A program made the translations under genes and the position numbers. From contig OX597815.1 of NCBI GenBank assembly GCA_951406725.2, forward strand, positions 8,184,001 through 8,248,000: 64,000 bases of DNA, in the 5' to 3' direction. The stretch is from Octopus vulgaris. Its lineage: Eukaryota. The notes beneath the pieces were generated by a model, which saw nothing but the letters and a program-made list of their open reading frames with translations, searched no databases and was not told the origin of the DNA. Of the stretch, positions 1 to 12,805 are shown piece after piece; position 1 is the stretch's first letter; each line of letters opens with the position of its first letter.

Positions 1-229
1 AAGAAGAAGAAGAAGAAGAAGAAGAAGAAGAAGAAGAAGAAGAAGAAGAAGAAGAAGAAGAAGAAGAAGAAGAAGAAGAAGAAGAAGAAGAAGAAGAAGA
101 AGAAGAAGAAAAGAAGAAGAAGAAGAAGAAGAAGAAGAAGAAGAAGAAGAAGAAGAAGAAGAAGAAGAAGAAGAAGAAGAAGAAGAAGAAGAAGAAGAAG
201 AAGAAGAAGAAGAAGAAGAAGAAGAAGAA
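1..229 (+). repeat. (AAG)n microsatellite
   Basis: Near-perfect AAG array from the window start. Confidence 0.98.
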
Positions 230-403
230 AGAGGAGGAGGAGCACTACTTCCCAACACTGTTCAGGTTGTCCCCCTTTTCTTAAGACATTATGGTGGGAT
301 TTTCGAAAAGATTTGGCTGCAATTTCCAGCTGACTGAACGATCGAGAGGAGACTTTTCGATTGAACTTTCGGATATCTGCAGATGTTCTTGTCGTCGTCA
401 GCG

Positions 404-435
<32 letters not shown>

Positions 436-439
436 TTGC

Positions 440-499
<60 letters not shown>

Positions 500-506
500 A
501 GTTGTT

Positions 507-539
<33 letters not shown>
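404..539 (+). repeat. (GCT)n/(GTT)n microsatellite
   Basis: Tandem gct then gtt triplets; source of the poly-Ala/Val ORF 291..548. Confidence 0.95.
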
Positions 540-589
540 CATACCTAAGTTAGTCCTGATCGAGTAGATAGATTTACGAACACGGAGTT

Positions 590-935
590 CCAGACTTTTC
601 TTTCCAAACTTTCTGACAGGCCGTTCATGCCTGTGACTTTCTGATCTTGATGTCTGCTTCCGAACTCGCTCACCCAAGCAACCCGAAGCACTTGAAGTTA
701 TTCAAGTACAATATTCAATTTCGGAACCAATGAAAGCAAACAGTTCAGCATCACTTGATCGGTTGAAAGTCATCATATTCGGTTTTTCTTGACATTTGTG
801 TTGCAGTCCAGTTTTGGCAGCTGATGTTTTTTCCACTCTGCTGAGCAGCTTTTATGCTTGAGCTGTTTCATCAGAGAGGAAGGAGTGTTATGTCATCTGC
901 GAAGTAAGAAGAGGAAAGCGACACTCTTACATCGA
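590..935 (-). mobile_element. Decayed non-LTR retrotransposon RT fragment (RTE/RTEX-like)
   Basis: Minus strand reads YFADDITLL, then with frameshifts/stops KLLSRVEK..AAKTGL, NNFK and SSEADIKIRKSQA*TAC. This follows the YADD..L motif and downstream RT/thumb motifs of RTE-type LINEs. Confidence 0.75.
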
Positions 936-1060
936 CAACTTGGTCGCAGACACCGGCCCCTGGAAGGTATCCAGAACACCGAGGCAGTGATGTTGGGCCG
1001 AGGAGTGTAGCTGGGAGGGAGGGGGAACTACGTTGCTGCGACCCGGATTGAAACCCGGTC

Positions 1061-1104
<44 letters not shown>

Positions 1105-1105
1105 C

Positions 1106-1474
1106 ACAATCATTCCTAGAGATCCTACAATCAGTGATTGTAGGATCTCAAGGAATGATAGTGATTGTAGGATTTCTAGGAATGATAGAAAAAGGTACTG
1201 AAACCTATTTGAAAATGATACCAGGCTTACCATCCGTACAGGAAGTGCAAAAAATCGTATTAACTGGAACGGTTCATGTACTGAGAAGAGCATTATTGCT
1301 GTGAAAACAACATTCATCCATGAATTCATTTATTTATTAATTTTTAAATACATATTTTATCTGTGAATTTGCGCGTGTAATCTGGGAATGCATACAATGA
1401 GCTTCTCTGCCCTAGGTGTATGGAAAACACTCGGCGAGAAACGGAAGAAAATTTGAAGAAAGAAGGAAAAAAAC

Positions 1475-1476
<2 letters not shown>
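1106..1476 (+). mobile_element. 5'-truncated R4/Dong-like (restriction-like endonuclease) retrotransposon 3' end inserted in (TAA)n
   Basis: 1161-1304 reads VIVGFLGMIEKGTETYLKMIPGLPSVQEVQKIVLTGTVHVLRRALLL*, matching the R4/Dong C-terminal pattern VIxGALG...QKxVLLGTxxILR. About 170 nt of 3' UTR follows. (TAA)n lies on both sides (1062-1105, 1477-1550). Confidence 0.75.
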
Positions 1477-1541
<65 letters not shown>

Positions 1542-2245
1542 TAATAATATAATCAAGGGCATTCCAGCCACAACCATCCTGTTTTTCTTTTTTCAATCAT
1601 ACTTCACTCTGCACACAGTGCCAGGAACTATACCACTCTGTGGTTTCAACTTATATCTGTGTAGATTGGACTTTGACTGTTAAAAGTCTTGTTATGGAAT
1701 AGACAAAGTACAGTAAACTATAACATTGATGTCATATGTGGTACCTGGTTACAGCTAGATGGACTGTGCTAACGCGCTAATTACTGACAGTAAGATGAGT
1801 TGGACTGTCAAGATTTAAGAATCCTTGTCGTGGATGGTATCCAGTGCTGGTGAGCGGAGCCGAACCAACAAAGCGCCGCTTGGCCGTTGGGTCTCGATGT
1901 GATGGAGAAACTGTAGCAAAGTGAGAAACGTCCTCAACTTTACTAGACATAAACTGGGGAAATACAAATGAGAAACTACACAATAATTAACGAATGGTAT
2001 GCATTATTAATTATGAATAAACTTAAACATAATGAAAACTAGAACCTACAATTATTTTTGTCGTAAAATAAACTAATAACTTTTCGAATGCTAAAAGATG
2101 GCGACAAAGTGAAGCAATTTGAATTGGATCAAAGCGAACGGTAAACATATAATCGTTTATAACCGGTAATTATTATAAAATTCGATTTTGAAAAATGCGC
2201 TTGATTTGATTTGGTTTTAGAATTTATTTTTTAAAATAATAATTA

Positions 2246-2410
2246 AGCGTAGGAGTGGCTGTGTGGTAAGAAGCTTGCTTCCTAGTCACTTGGTTCCGAG
2301 TTCAGTCCCACTGTGTGACACCTTGGGCAAGTGTCTTCTACTATAGCTTCGGGCCGACCAAAACCTTGTGAATGGATTTGGTAGACGGAAACTGTAAGAA
2401 GCCAGTCGTA

Positions 2411-2475
<65 letters not shown>

Positions 2476-2495
2476 ATGTTTGTGTGTGTGTGTAT
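2246..2495 (+). mobile_element. SINE family A (tRNA-derived, OK-like), 5' half
   Basis: ggagtggctgtgtggtaag A-box, gagttcagtccc B-box, accttgggcaagtgtctt, then the internal (TA)n(TG)n tract. Confidence 0.88.
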
Positions 2496-2504
2496 CTGGG
2501 TATG

Positions 2505-3052
2505 TACCTCGACCCCAGTACTCAATTGATATTTATTATATCAACCCCAAAAGGATGGAAGAAAAAGTCGACCTCGCCGGAATTTGAACTCAGAACGTAG
2601 CGGCAGACGAAATACCTATTTCTTTATTACCCACAAGGGGCTAAACACAGAGGAGACAAACAAGGACAGACAGACGGATTAAGTCGATTATATCGACCCC
2701 AGTGCGTAACTGGTACTTAATTTATCGACCCCGAAAGGATGAAAGGCAAACTCGACCTCGGCGGAATTTGAACTCAGAACGTAACGGCAGACGAAATACC
2801 TATTTCTTTACTACCCACAAGGAGCTAAACACAGAGAGGACAAACAAGGACAGACAAACGGATTAAGTCGATTACATAAAGAAATAGATATTTCGTCTGC
2901 CGTTACGTTCTGAGTTCAAATTCTGCCGAGGTCGACTTTGCCTTTCATCCTTTCGGGGTCGATAAATTAAGTACCAGTTGCATACTGGGGTTGATCTAAT
3001 CGTCTGGCCCCCTCCCCCAAAATTTCGGGCCCTGTGCCTATTGTAGAAAAGA
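2505..3052. mobile_element. SINE family B (Meta-domain-like) cluster: tandem minus units followed by a plus unit
   Basis: Repeated gaggtcgactttgcctttcatcctttcggggtcgataaattaagtaccag core. Minus units at 2505-2875, plus unit at 2876-3052. Confidence 0.88.
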
Positions 3053-3089
3053 ATTGTCAACCAGCAATCAATACACCATATTTCTACAC

Positions 3090-4157
3090 CAGTGTTTCTT
3101 AAGATGAGGTACACGCCCCGCCGGTGGGGCGTGGCAATATTTGGGTGGGGCGAGGGACTTCAGAACGGAGCCTTCAGTAAAAAAAAAAACAAGTGAATAA
3201 AACTTACAATAAAGTTTTAATTAAAACCAGGGCGGAATTCCTGATTTAAGCACCTCATATAACCCCGCATACCTTTTTTTTATTTTTTATAATTTTCAGA
3301 AGATGGGTGCGAATTTTGTGGTCTATACTCGGGAATTCATACGATAAACCAGAAAAAGACATTTTTGGTGCGAGATTTAAGGGCTACTTAGCTGTTGTAT
3401 TTAGCACATGTCACGACCACCTCGTACCCTCCTTGTTTGTTTGTTTGTTTGTCAGTCTGACATATTGTTCTTCAATCTTTCACCCCATTAACACATTTAA
3501 TGGTCCATTGCAGAATTTAAACCAAAATTTAGGACTGTCCGTATTGTAAAGTGTAATTTTTTTTTTTTAATTCAGAAAATTAGAAAAACCTTTTTTTTAA
3601 ATTTTATAAAATTAAAAAAAAAAAAATTTTTTTACCATAGTGGTGTGATTTCCCTATCGCGGTTTCGATTCCTAGACCGGGCGTTGTGAGTGTTTATTGA
3701 GCGAAAACTCCTAAAGCTCCACGAGGCTCCGGCAGAGGATGGTGGTGATCCCTGCTGTACTCTTTCACCACAACTTTCTCTCACTCTTACTTCATGTTTC
3801 TGTTGTACCTGTATTTCAAAGGGCCGGCCTTGTCACTCTCTGTGTCACGCTGAATATCCCCGAGAACTACGTTAAGGGTACACGTGTCTGTGGAGTGCTC
3901 AGCCACTTACACGTTAATTTCACGAGCAGGCTGTTCCGTTGATTCGGATCAACCGGAACCCTCGTCGTTGTAACCGACGGAGTGCTTAAGGAAAAGAAAG
4001 GATTTCCCTATCCATTCATGGTAGGGACCACACAGTTGTTTTCTTTATTGCGTTTCTTTTTATTTATTTATCTATTTATTTTATTTATTTGTCTTTCTTT
4101 TTATTTATTTTGGAAAATCGAAGTGGGCCGTGGAACAAAAATGGTCGAGAAACATTG
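3090..4157. mobile_element. hAT (Charlie-like) non-autonomous element with nested insertions
   Basis: Starts cagtgtttctt and ends gagaaacattg (imperfect TIR). Flanks ttctacac/ctctgtac resemble a decayed 8-bp TSD. Contains a SINE at 3657-3987. Confidence 0.5.
3657..3987 (+). mobile_element. SINE family C (tRNA-Arg-like head), tail type 1, 5'-truncated
   Basis: Nearly identical to the copies at 18100-18486 and 39659-40045. Confidence 0.9.
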
Positions 4158-4684
4158 CTCTGTACCAAGCATGTAAAACAAGCGGCCCTTTTCTAACACA
4201 AGTGCGGCCCGCAAGTGAAGTAGCTAAAGGTCTAAAAATGGGAACTTAAAAAAAAAAAATTAATAATAATTTAATTTTAAAAAATAGAATTATTGATAGG
4301 CAAATTAAGGGTTATAAAAGACATTTGCTTAATAACAAAGAACTGATAAGAGGGAAATCTTTGTTGTAAACATAGGTTTAAAAATAAATGCGTCCCCACC
4401 GCCCTGGCAACATGCATGTGAGCAATGCGACCCATAGAGAGTCTGCAGGTCGACGTGCAGCTTGATGCAAAGTGCTGGCGTCAACTCACTTAGCACCAAT
4501 CACAAAATACGAACAAGTCACAAATACCACCTAACCAAATGGCATGACCCGCGTTGCACATATTCTAATAAAAGAAATAATTGGACACTAAAATAACAGT
4601 GGAAACAAGAAACCACATCCCACAACAAAACAGAACAGTCGTAATGCATCAACAGAGTTTTAGGTACTCCAATAGATAATGTTG

Positions 4685-5113
4685 CACACACACACACACA
4701 TATACACACATACACACACACACACACAAAACACACATACACATACATACACACACACACTCACACACACATACACATACACACACACACATACACACAC
4801 ACACACAACACTCATACACATGCACACACACGGACACACGCGCACACACACATACACATACACACACACGCAGACACACACACGAACACACATACACACA
4901 CACACACAACACACACATAACACACACACACACAACACATACTCACAACACACATACACACACACACACAACACACACATAACACACACACACACAACAC
5001 ATACTCACAACACACACACACACACACACAACACACACACCCAACACACACACCCAACACACAACACACACACACAACACACACACGAACACACACGCAC
5101 ACGAACACACATA

Positions 5114-5157
<44 letters not shown>
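4685..5157 (+). repeat. Complex (CA)n microsatellite
   Basis: Interrupted CA tract with an internal ~60-bp higher-order duplication. Confidence 0.95.
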
Positions 5158-5160
<3 letters not shown>

Positions 5161-5217
5161 GGTGCACAGAGATGCAGCAAGCCATGTGCAGCAGTAAACT
5201 CGTTGGCAAACATAATA

Positions 5218-5430
5218 CTCTCTTTACTCTTTTTTTACTTGTTTCAGTCATTTGATTGCGGCCATGCTGGAGCACCGCCTTCAGTCGAGGAAATCGACCC
5301 CCCAGGACTGATTTATTCTTTGTAAGCTTAGTACTTATTCTATCGGTCTCTTTTGTCGAACCGCTAAGTTACGGGGACGTAAACACACCAACATCGGTTG
5401 TCAGGTAATGCTAGGGGAAGACAAACACAC
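5218..5430 (-). mobile_element. SINE family A, 3' half
   Basis: Reverse complement of ...ggcggtgctccagcatggccgca..gactgaaacaagtaaaa. Confidence 0.85.
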
Positions 5431-5432
5431 AC

Positions 5433-5491
<59 letters not shown>

Positions 5492-5699
5492 TGATGGTTT
5501 CTCGCTTAGGCCACAGTTTTGAGGGGAGGGGCTATATCGCTGTTATCAACTTCAACCAATATTTGACTGTTGTCTTATTTTATCGGGTCCGGAAGATTAA
5601 AAGGTAAGTCGACCTCGGCTAAACTCAAGAACGTAGAGCTGGAAGGATTACTGCAAGGTATTTAGTCCGATACTCAAACGATTGTGCCAGCTCGCCGCC

Positions 5700-5754
5700 T
5701 TCATGATGATAATGATGGTGATGATGATGATAATGATGATGATGACGATGATGG

Positions 5755-5806
<52 letters not shown>
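5700..5806 (+). repeat. (GAT)n microsatellite
   Basis: Tandem gat triplets. Confidence 0.95.
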
Positions 5807-5808
<2 letters not shown>

Positions 5809-5973
5809 AAGCACAAGGGATTAGTCGATTAAATCCACCTCGGTCCTTGGCTAGTTCTTTTATTTTATCGACTCTGGAGAGGTGGAAATGCAATGTTCAC
5901 CACAGCAGGAACGTAAAATAACAGAACAAATGTTGCAAAACCGTTTATCCGCCGCTCTAATGAATTAACGTTA

Positions 5974-6365
5974 TCTCTCTCTATATAAAGCTGAAGTTGT
6001 CTGTGTATGGCAGGTTTGGTAGCCTTCAACTAACACTATCTCCTCCGAGACCCTGCGGTGTAAGTTGACCAAAATTGAGAGTATGATAGAAGAAGGCTTG
6101 CTCTTCCTTCTGTAGAAGAAAAAATTCAAATCGGACCATGTTAACACCAAAAATTATTTACATCAAAAAGGTGCTTTTTTTCTATGAAAATCCCTATTTT
6201 TTACGATTTTTTAACTGCTGTGTCACCATTTTTTGGTGTATTTCAACCAGAAAAATGTTCACTTAAAGAGAATAACAAGCTACATAATGCAAAATTTTTA
6301 CTTTTCAAAAATTCCAATTCTAAAGGGTCGAAACAAACCTGAGCAACGCCGGGCGATACTGCTAG
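5974..6365 (+). mobile_element. Non-autonomous Helitron, subfamily H1
   Basis: 5'-TC start after A, GC-rich 3' subterminal gcaacgccgggcgatactg, CTAG end followed by T, no TSD. Second copy at 40853-41244. Confidence 0.82.
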
Positions 6366-6753
6366 TATAATAATAATTAACGTTCAATTAGTATTAGCAA
6401 CGCATCGGACATCTTCATCGACTCTCAAAACAGCATCCGCGGTCAAAATCGACCACCAAGAAGCATTGTATGCAAGGGAGATAACTGGAGTATAACAAAA
6501 AAATATTTCTGCAAGAGTCGTCGTTCTTACACTAAGCAGCAAGCGTTAATTGCGACGACCGGATCAGACGCCAGCATAAATGTAAACATTAATAAAAAGC
6601 AATCCAAAATGAGAGATTCTGAGTGACTACTCGTCTTCCAACTAGAAATAGCAGCCAAATCTCCCTCCAGTTACACTCAATCAATTTAAAAGGAACTCTA
6701 TGTACAACTCTTTATAAAAAAAAAATAAATAACGAGAAGGTTACCTCAAGAAT

Positions 6754-7022
6754 ATTTCGTTTTGGGATTTGGTTTGCAAGATTCTTTATATGAGTTCGTG
6801 TGTTGAAGCATTTCTATTATGTCTGGGGAGAGTAACTTTCTTTTTGTGCCTTATAATTTAACACACACTCACCGGTAAAATTTCCACTTTTTTTCACGGT
6901 TGCAAGACGCAACGAAAATTTTAGGAAAATAAAAATAAGAAAAAAAGTGGAAATTTTACCGGTGAGTGTGTGTTAAATTATAAGGCACAAAAAGAAAATG
7001 ACTCTCCCCAGACACAACAGGA
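6754..7022. mobile_element. Palindromic Penelope-like terminal fragment with 12-bp TSD
   Basis: ~75-bp inverted arms (about 6821-6894 and 6940-7015). The TSD tacctcaagaat is at 6742-6753 and 7023-7034. The centre has gttgc-aagac-gcaac-gaaa, like hammerhead stem II plus GAAA. Confidence 0.6.
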
Positions 7023-7208
7023 TACCTCAAGAATGTTTTTCGTCGTAAATCAGCTGAATTTAAGCTGATCTCCAATTTAATAATAACAACAGTAACAGAA
7101 ATAACGGTAGAAGTGAACACTAGTAGCAACAACTGGAACAGAATTGACAACAGTGGCAAGTATGTTAATAACCTTCACTATCATCACCACCAGCAGCAGC
7201 AGCAACAA

Positions 7209-7577
7209 GTGGAGGCGCAATGGCCCAGTGGTTAGGGCAGCGGACTTGCGGTCGGAGGATCGCGGTTTCGATTCCCAGACCGGGCGTTGTGTGTGTTTAT
7301 TGGGCGAAAACACCTAAAGTTCCACGAGGCTCCGGCAGGAGGTGGGTGGCGAACCCTGTTGTACTCTTTCGCTCCAACTTTCTCTCACTCTTTCTTCCTG
7401 TTTCTTGTCCCTCAGCTTCCTACGCAACCGCTGAGCCTAGATGCGCATTCATCCATCCGTCGATGCTCTCGGTGTCGGGGGTTGACCTGATTTCTCTTCT
7501 GCGGGTCTTACGAATAGCAAAGGACCACGTTTCGGACTTCTCGCTCAACATCAGCAGCAGCAACAACAACAACAACA
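7209..7577 (+). mobile_element. SINE family C, tail type 2
   Basis: Full head ggaggcgcaatggcccagtggttagggcagcgg. The 3' region is shared with 50215-50585 and not with tail-1 copies; it ends in (CAG/CAA)n. Confidence 0.88.
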
Positions 7578-7756
7578 ATCTAGAAATAATTCTACCTCCG
7601 TGTACTGCCAAAAGTGCAAGAATTGGCCAAAATTGGTCCAGAAGTGGGATGGGGAAGTAAAAAAACAAGAACTTATGTGGTCTTCCTGATCCGTTCGAAA
7701 CTCCTCTCCCCACCCCTTTCTCAGGGATAATTGTAATCTATGACGTTTGAAAAGTA

Positions 7757-7998
7757 TTTGTATAAAATTTCATTAAAAGATATCCATTTTCCTGAAAGTT
7801 ATGAAGGAAAAAATCGGATCGTGCGAATTTTCCCAAAATTCTCTCTCCACCCCTTCGGAAAAAAATTTTCCCCGCGAACTTCCTTATAATCGTAATCTTT
7901 GCCATGTGAAAGGTTTTTATATAAAATCTCATTAAAAGATATCCATTTTCCTGAAAGTTATGAGGGAAAAAAATCGGATCGTGTGAATTTTCCAAAAG
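7757..7998 (+). repeat. ~80-bp direct repeat pair inside an unclassified element
   Basis: cattaaaagatatccattttcctgaaagttatga...aaaatcggatcgtg occurs twice, about 158 bp apart. Confidence 0.8.
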
Positions 7999-8149
7999 CC
8001 CCTTCCCCACCCCGTGGTTCGTTTGCACAAATTTTGGTTTTCAGATTCGTTTACTACATATTTTTTTATACCTATTACACTTTTTTTTTCGGTAGCCAGG
8101 TGTTAAACCAGATAAACCCACAATTCTATGTGAAAAACCTTCACATTTA

Positions 8150-8657
8150 CCGTAAATCCTCGTGTATAATCCGCATTTTTCCCCCAAAACTTAAAGGTCA
8201 AAATCCCTAGTGCGTACTATATACGAGGTTTAAAATGAAAATTATTTTTTAAGCAATGTCCGAGTCTCTATTTGCTGTCCGGCAATGTTTATTCAGACGC
8301 ATTTTGTGATGTCGGGCGCAAAAATACCTTAAGCTAAGCCTGAAAGCAATGAAGTCATAAAAGAATCATCCATAACTTGCAGTAAGCAACATTTATTAAA
8401 CGTTATTACTGTTATTCCTTTATTTTCTGCAAAATGCACAAAAATGCTACACGTTTGCATTGTGTTATATATACAATAATAATAAATGACGTTACCGTAT
8501 ACAGTTTTACAAACCAAGGACGTTATACAGACCTCCTTGACTCAAGTTAGAGAAGGGGTGCGTATTATACACAAGGTTTAGGTTTTTCAGAGGTACAGAC
8601 CCCTAAAAATCCCCTGCGTATTATACTCAAGGTCGGACTATACTCGAGGATTTACGG
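8150..8657 (+). mobile_element. Tc1/mariner-superfamily MITE (pogo/Tc2-like)
   Basis: TIR CCGTAAATCCTCGnGTATA flanked by TA at both ends. Copies at 26533-27054 and 29613-30134. Confidence 0.88.
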
Positions 8658-8954
8658 TAATATGAAAATACTAAATATTACAGTGAATTGTGGCATTGAT
8701 TTATAGACGAATTTACATGATGTGAAAGGGCAAATGGGAACAAATATAAATAAAACAAGTACACCGTCGGTTACGACGACGCGGGTTCCATTTGATCCCG
8801 ATCATCAGAACAGCTTCCTCGTGAAATTAACGTGCAAGTGGTTGAGCACTTCACAAACATGTATTGGCGGCTCGAAGATAAAATTAGTTGGGATGCTGCT
8901 TCAGAAAATGTTTAGCCGTTGTTTTAATATTGTGTAAAAGGAAATGAACAAATA

Positions 8955-9097
8955 TAGGCGCAGGAGTGGCTGTGTGGTAAGTAGCTTGCTTACCAACCAC
9001 ATGGTTCTAGGTTCAGTCCCACTGCGTGGCACCTTGGGCAAGTGTCTTCTATAGCCGACCAAAGACTTTGGTAGACGGAAACTGAAAGAAGTCTGTC

Positions 9098-9190
<93 letters not shown>

Positions 9191-9378
9191 TGTGTTTGTG
9201 TGTCTGTGTTTGTTCCCCCAACATCGCTTGACAACCGATGGTGGTGTGCTTATATCCCCGTCACTTAGCGGTTCGGCAAGAGAGACCGATAGAATAAGTA
9301 CTAGGCTTACAAAGTATAAGTCCTGAGGTCGATTTGCTCGACTAAAGGTGGTGCTCCAGCATGGCCGCAGTCAAATGA
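8955..9378 (+). mobile_element. SINE family A, near full length
   Basis: aggcgcaggagtggctgtgtggtaag head, internal (TA)n(TG)n, conserved 3' domain. Confidence 0.92.
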
Positions 9379-9699
9379 AAATTTATACATAAACTTGATC
9401 GGTTCGTGTTTTAGCCACTACCGGGTAATGTGTTTAATTTGTTCACTGAACATCGCCGCGAATTCCCCCTTGTTTTTCAAATATCCCCCCACCTAAATCA
9501 CAAAATAAGGTGAGGAATTTGCCCTTTTTTTTTCAAATCCTGGCAGCAACACTATAGCTTGAAGCAGGATAATAATCTAATTCTACACTTTATCACATTC
9601 AAGAATATAAACAGGTTTTTAAGAACAATATACAGGGAGTCAAAAAGAAACACTACCTTCCACCAGAACACCAGGGTCGGTACTGCGTGAACCACTGTC

Positions 9700-9772
<73 letters not shown>

Positions 9773-10029
9773 CCACGCGAGCAGCTTCTTATCTTTGGCA
9801 TGTGAGCATGCGCACAACAGCCAAATTAATTAGGAATCTTCTACGCCAGTAACTCTCAAACTTCCCTCGTCACTCTTGACCTCATGCATTTCACCATTTA
9901 TCCATCTACTGCAATAATATACTCTGAAGAACTTATCCATATGAAGCTCAATACTGTGTGAAGGCTGAGATTCATATACATACATACATGTGTGTGCATG
10001 TGTGTGTGTGTGCGCGCGCGTACGTGTAA

Positions 10030-11660
10030 AATAAACACCAGAGATGCTTTGCCCCAAACAAGAACTGCAAGAGCTACTGAAATATGTTTCAAGCTCCTCT
10101 CCTGGTACTGGTTACACCTTTTGCATTCGAGGAATTCACTTTCAAGCAGGCATCTCCAGATCACAAGGATTTCTTCCCTTAGACTATACACATCGCAAGA
10201 GTGTAACCACTGCGGCGAGCTGGCAGAAACGTTAGCACGCCGGGCGAAATGCTTAGCGGTATTTCGTCTGCCGCTACGTTCTGAGTTCAAATTCCGCCGA
10301 GGTCGACTTTGCTTTCATCCTTTCGGGGTCGATTAAATAAGTACCTATTTCTTTATTATCCACAAGGGGCCAAACACAGAGCGGACAGACATAGGTATTA
10401 AGTCGATTACATCGACCCCAGTGCGTAACTGGTACTTAATTTATCGACCCCGAAAGGATGAACGGCAAAGTCGACCTCGGCGGAATTTGAACTCACAACG
10501 TAACGCAGACGAAATACCGCTAAGCATTTCGCCCGGCGTGCTAACGTTTCTGCCAGCTCGCCGCCTTTAAATAAGTACCACTTACGCACTGGGGTCGATG
10601 TAATCGACTTAATCCCTTTGTCTGTCCTTGTTTGTCCCCTCTGTGTGTAGCCCCTTGTGGGCAGTAAAGAAATAAGAGTGTAACCACGGAGACTAAATTA
10701 GCCTTCACCTCATGAAGGTTTCCAGCTGCAGTATCTTGTCAACCAGAACCAGTTCGAACTGGTCTCAGCTGCTATGGTTATCACCCTGTTGCCTTTTTGT
10801 TTTTTTGTTTTTTTTTATATAGTTGGTTTGGTTCCTAAACAATCTTTTGCAAGAAATAATGCACTGATATCGCTTGGAAACCGCAGTAGCCACTTCTGTG
10901 AAGAATAGGAGTGAATACCATCCTTTGACAGGAGCTTCATCAACTAAGTCCTATTGTTTGGCTTTCTTCAATTGATGAGAAACGTTAAGTCTGTCATCTC
11001 TGCTCACTATGAGTTCGGCCTCGATGGTTGATTTTATGTTCTTGAAGAGATTCTCAATGTCTGGCCAGAGCAATATTACTACTAACCCTTCTGTAAAGAT
11101 GAGTCCTTTCTTCGGTTCCACTTGCATCTCCTAATCTGAGGCATGATACAAAATAGAAAAATGTGTTTCCATACCTCCCTGAGGGGCCTTAACACCTTCC
11201 CTTAGAAACGTGGTACCGCCGGGCGATGATGCCTCTTCCTTGTTGATCTTTACTCTCCGCATGTAAGTCCATCGGTGATCTCTATAACGACCTTTTCGTT
11301 CCCCTGCTTGTGTCGGCCTTTTCCTTGTAACCTAAAACATCCTACCTCAACGTGGTTCAGGATGCCAAAGGTTCCTCTACACGGTTGTTTGTAGATTTTA
11401 TGGTTATTTAGGGTTGACCAGAGGTCAGTGAAAGCACACAGAAGGAGAGACAAGTTTCCCTGTCAGGACTCCAGAGCTCCCTCTAGGTTGCTCAAAGTGC
11501 CTCATTCCACTGTAGCCCTTGTCCATGGCAGAACAACCCTACTGCTTTTACACAGTGATCATTCCCTTATTACTCCTTGGACCCTAAACATTATGAGCCC
11601 TATCTTGCCCCTGACATTTGAAATTCCTCCACTTCTTAGTGCGGTGGTTTCCATGTCCTT
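10030..11660 (-). mobile_element. Decayed HERO-clade (restriction-like endonuclease) retrotransposon, 3' portion
   Basis: Minus strand with stops/frameshifts: VKAVGL..GQ.LQW; a decayed zinc knuckle (C..GILNHV..GC..GKGRH); TFLREG; ASD*EMQV..K.LIF..LWPDI...AEL.V...KKAK..DLVDEA..KGW...EVGYCGF; and AAETSSNWFWL..W, stop near 10710. The probable 3' UTR is interrupted by SINEs. Confidence 0.78.
10211..10674. mobile_element. SINE family B copy with a second family B copy nested in opposite orientation
   Basis: Outer TSD aagagtgtaaccac. The inner minus copy (about 10346-10566) is flanked by the TSD ttaaataagtacc. Confidence 0.88.
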
Positions 11661-11984
11661 TACAGCCCTTAACAGACTACATACTATACACATACGGACA
11701 CACATTCACACATACTCACATGCACACACACACACACACATTCACACACACACATTCACACACACGCACACACGCATTCATGCATACATAGATACGTACA
11801 CGCGTACATTACATACATATATTATTGTCTGTCGCTCATCTTTATGGTTTTTTTTTAATTAACTTTGTAGTTTAATCCCTCTCCTCCTCTCGCTCTCCTC
11901 AATCATTTTCTTTCTTTTTCTCTCTTTCAAGGTTTCCCACTCTTTTCTATTTACATTCTTCCACTCATCTCTCTTCTCCAAAAG

Positions 11985-12040
<56 letters not shown>

Positions 12041-12514
12041 CACACATATATATTTAAAGACAACATCTAAGCACGCAGAGCAGAGTTATACAAAACCTAC
12101 GTCTATACAAAATAGTCCGTCGTTTTATCCTCCATTTATTTTCATTTACGTTATCTTCCCTATCTCTTTCCACTCTGCACGCCCATCCGACTTAATCCAT
12201 TTATCTACGACAGTGAAATATTAGACAATGGAATTCCCGATAACCAATCCATCACTCTTTCAACAAGCTTCGGCGCCATGTTGTCAATATATCGGAGTAT
12301 CTTAGACACCAAGTAAATCTGGCTGTTTCATTGACCACTGTCCGAGACATGTCGACTGGAAATTAATTAGAACGGACAAGACCAAAACTAACACTTCACC
12401 TCTACTCTAAACACCTTTCACTACCTACTTCAAACTCTTGACGCCTTCCAAGCTGAATTTATTTGTGACTTCGCCGACATTTCTCTCACTACAATCACCA
12501 CCACCACCACTGCC

Positions 12515-12805
12515 ACATCATGGCTGAATCGTCTGCTGAAAAGAAAGAATAGAAAAGCATATTAGAAAAATTCGATATTTTCTGAAGACAATAGAGCCAA
12601 TTATTTGGATGAAAGTAGCATAGAACTAATATTTCCAAATATTTTCCTCAATACTTCAGCTATATCGAACCTTTTTAACCACTTAAATGAGTTGTTGACA
12701 GAAAAATGACAAAATATCTCGCTTGATAAATTTATCGCAAAGCTGCAATTCTTCATTCATACGTCTACTATCTATTGGAAAACTGAAGTTGCTCATCCTG
12801 CTTTA
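12515..12805 (+). mobile_element. Possible highly decayed hAT (Charlie/Buster-like) transposase remnant
   Basis: Fragments WLNR, LEKF and SNLFNHLNEL...FIAKLQFF resemble RWLS..LERF and DIFxHLNEL..FxxKLxL. Ends in gttgctcatcctg. Many stops. Confidence 0.3.

Noticed and set aside
1560-2110. Unique-looking sequence with short ORF 1777..1983
   Set aside because: No recognisable motif or family.
3690-3942. The same peptide recurring at 3.7, 18.1 and 39.7 kb, like a gene family
   Set aside because: These are chance ORFs inside SINE family C copies.
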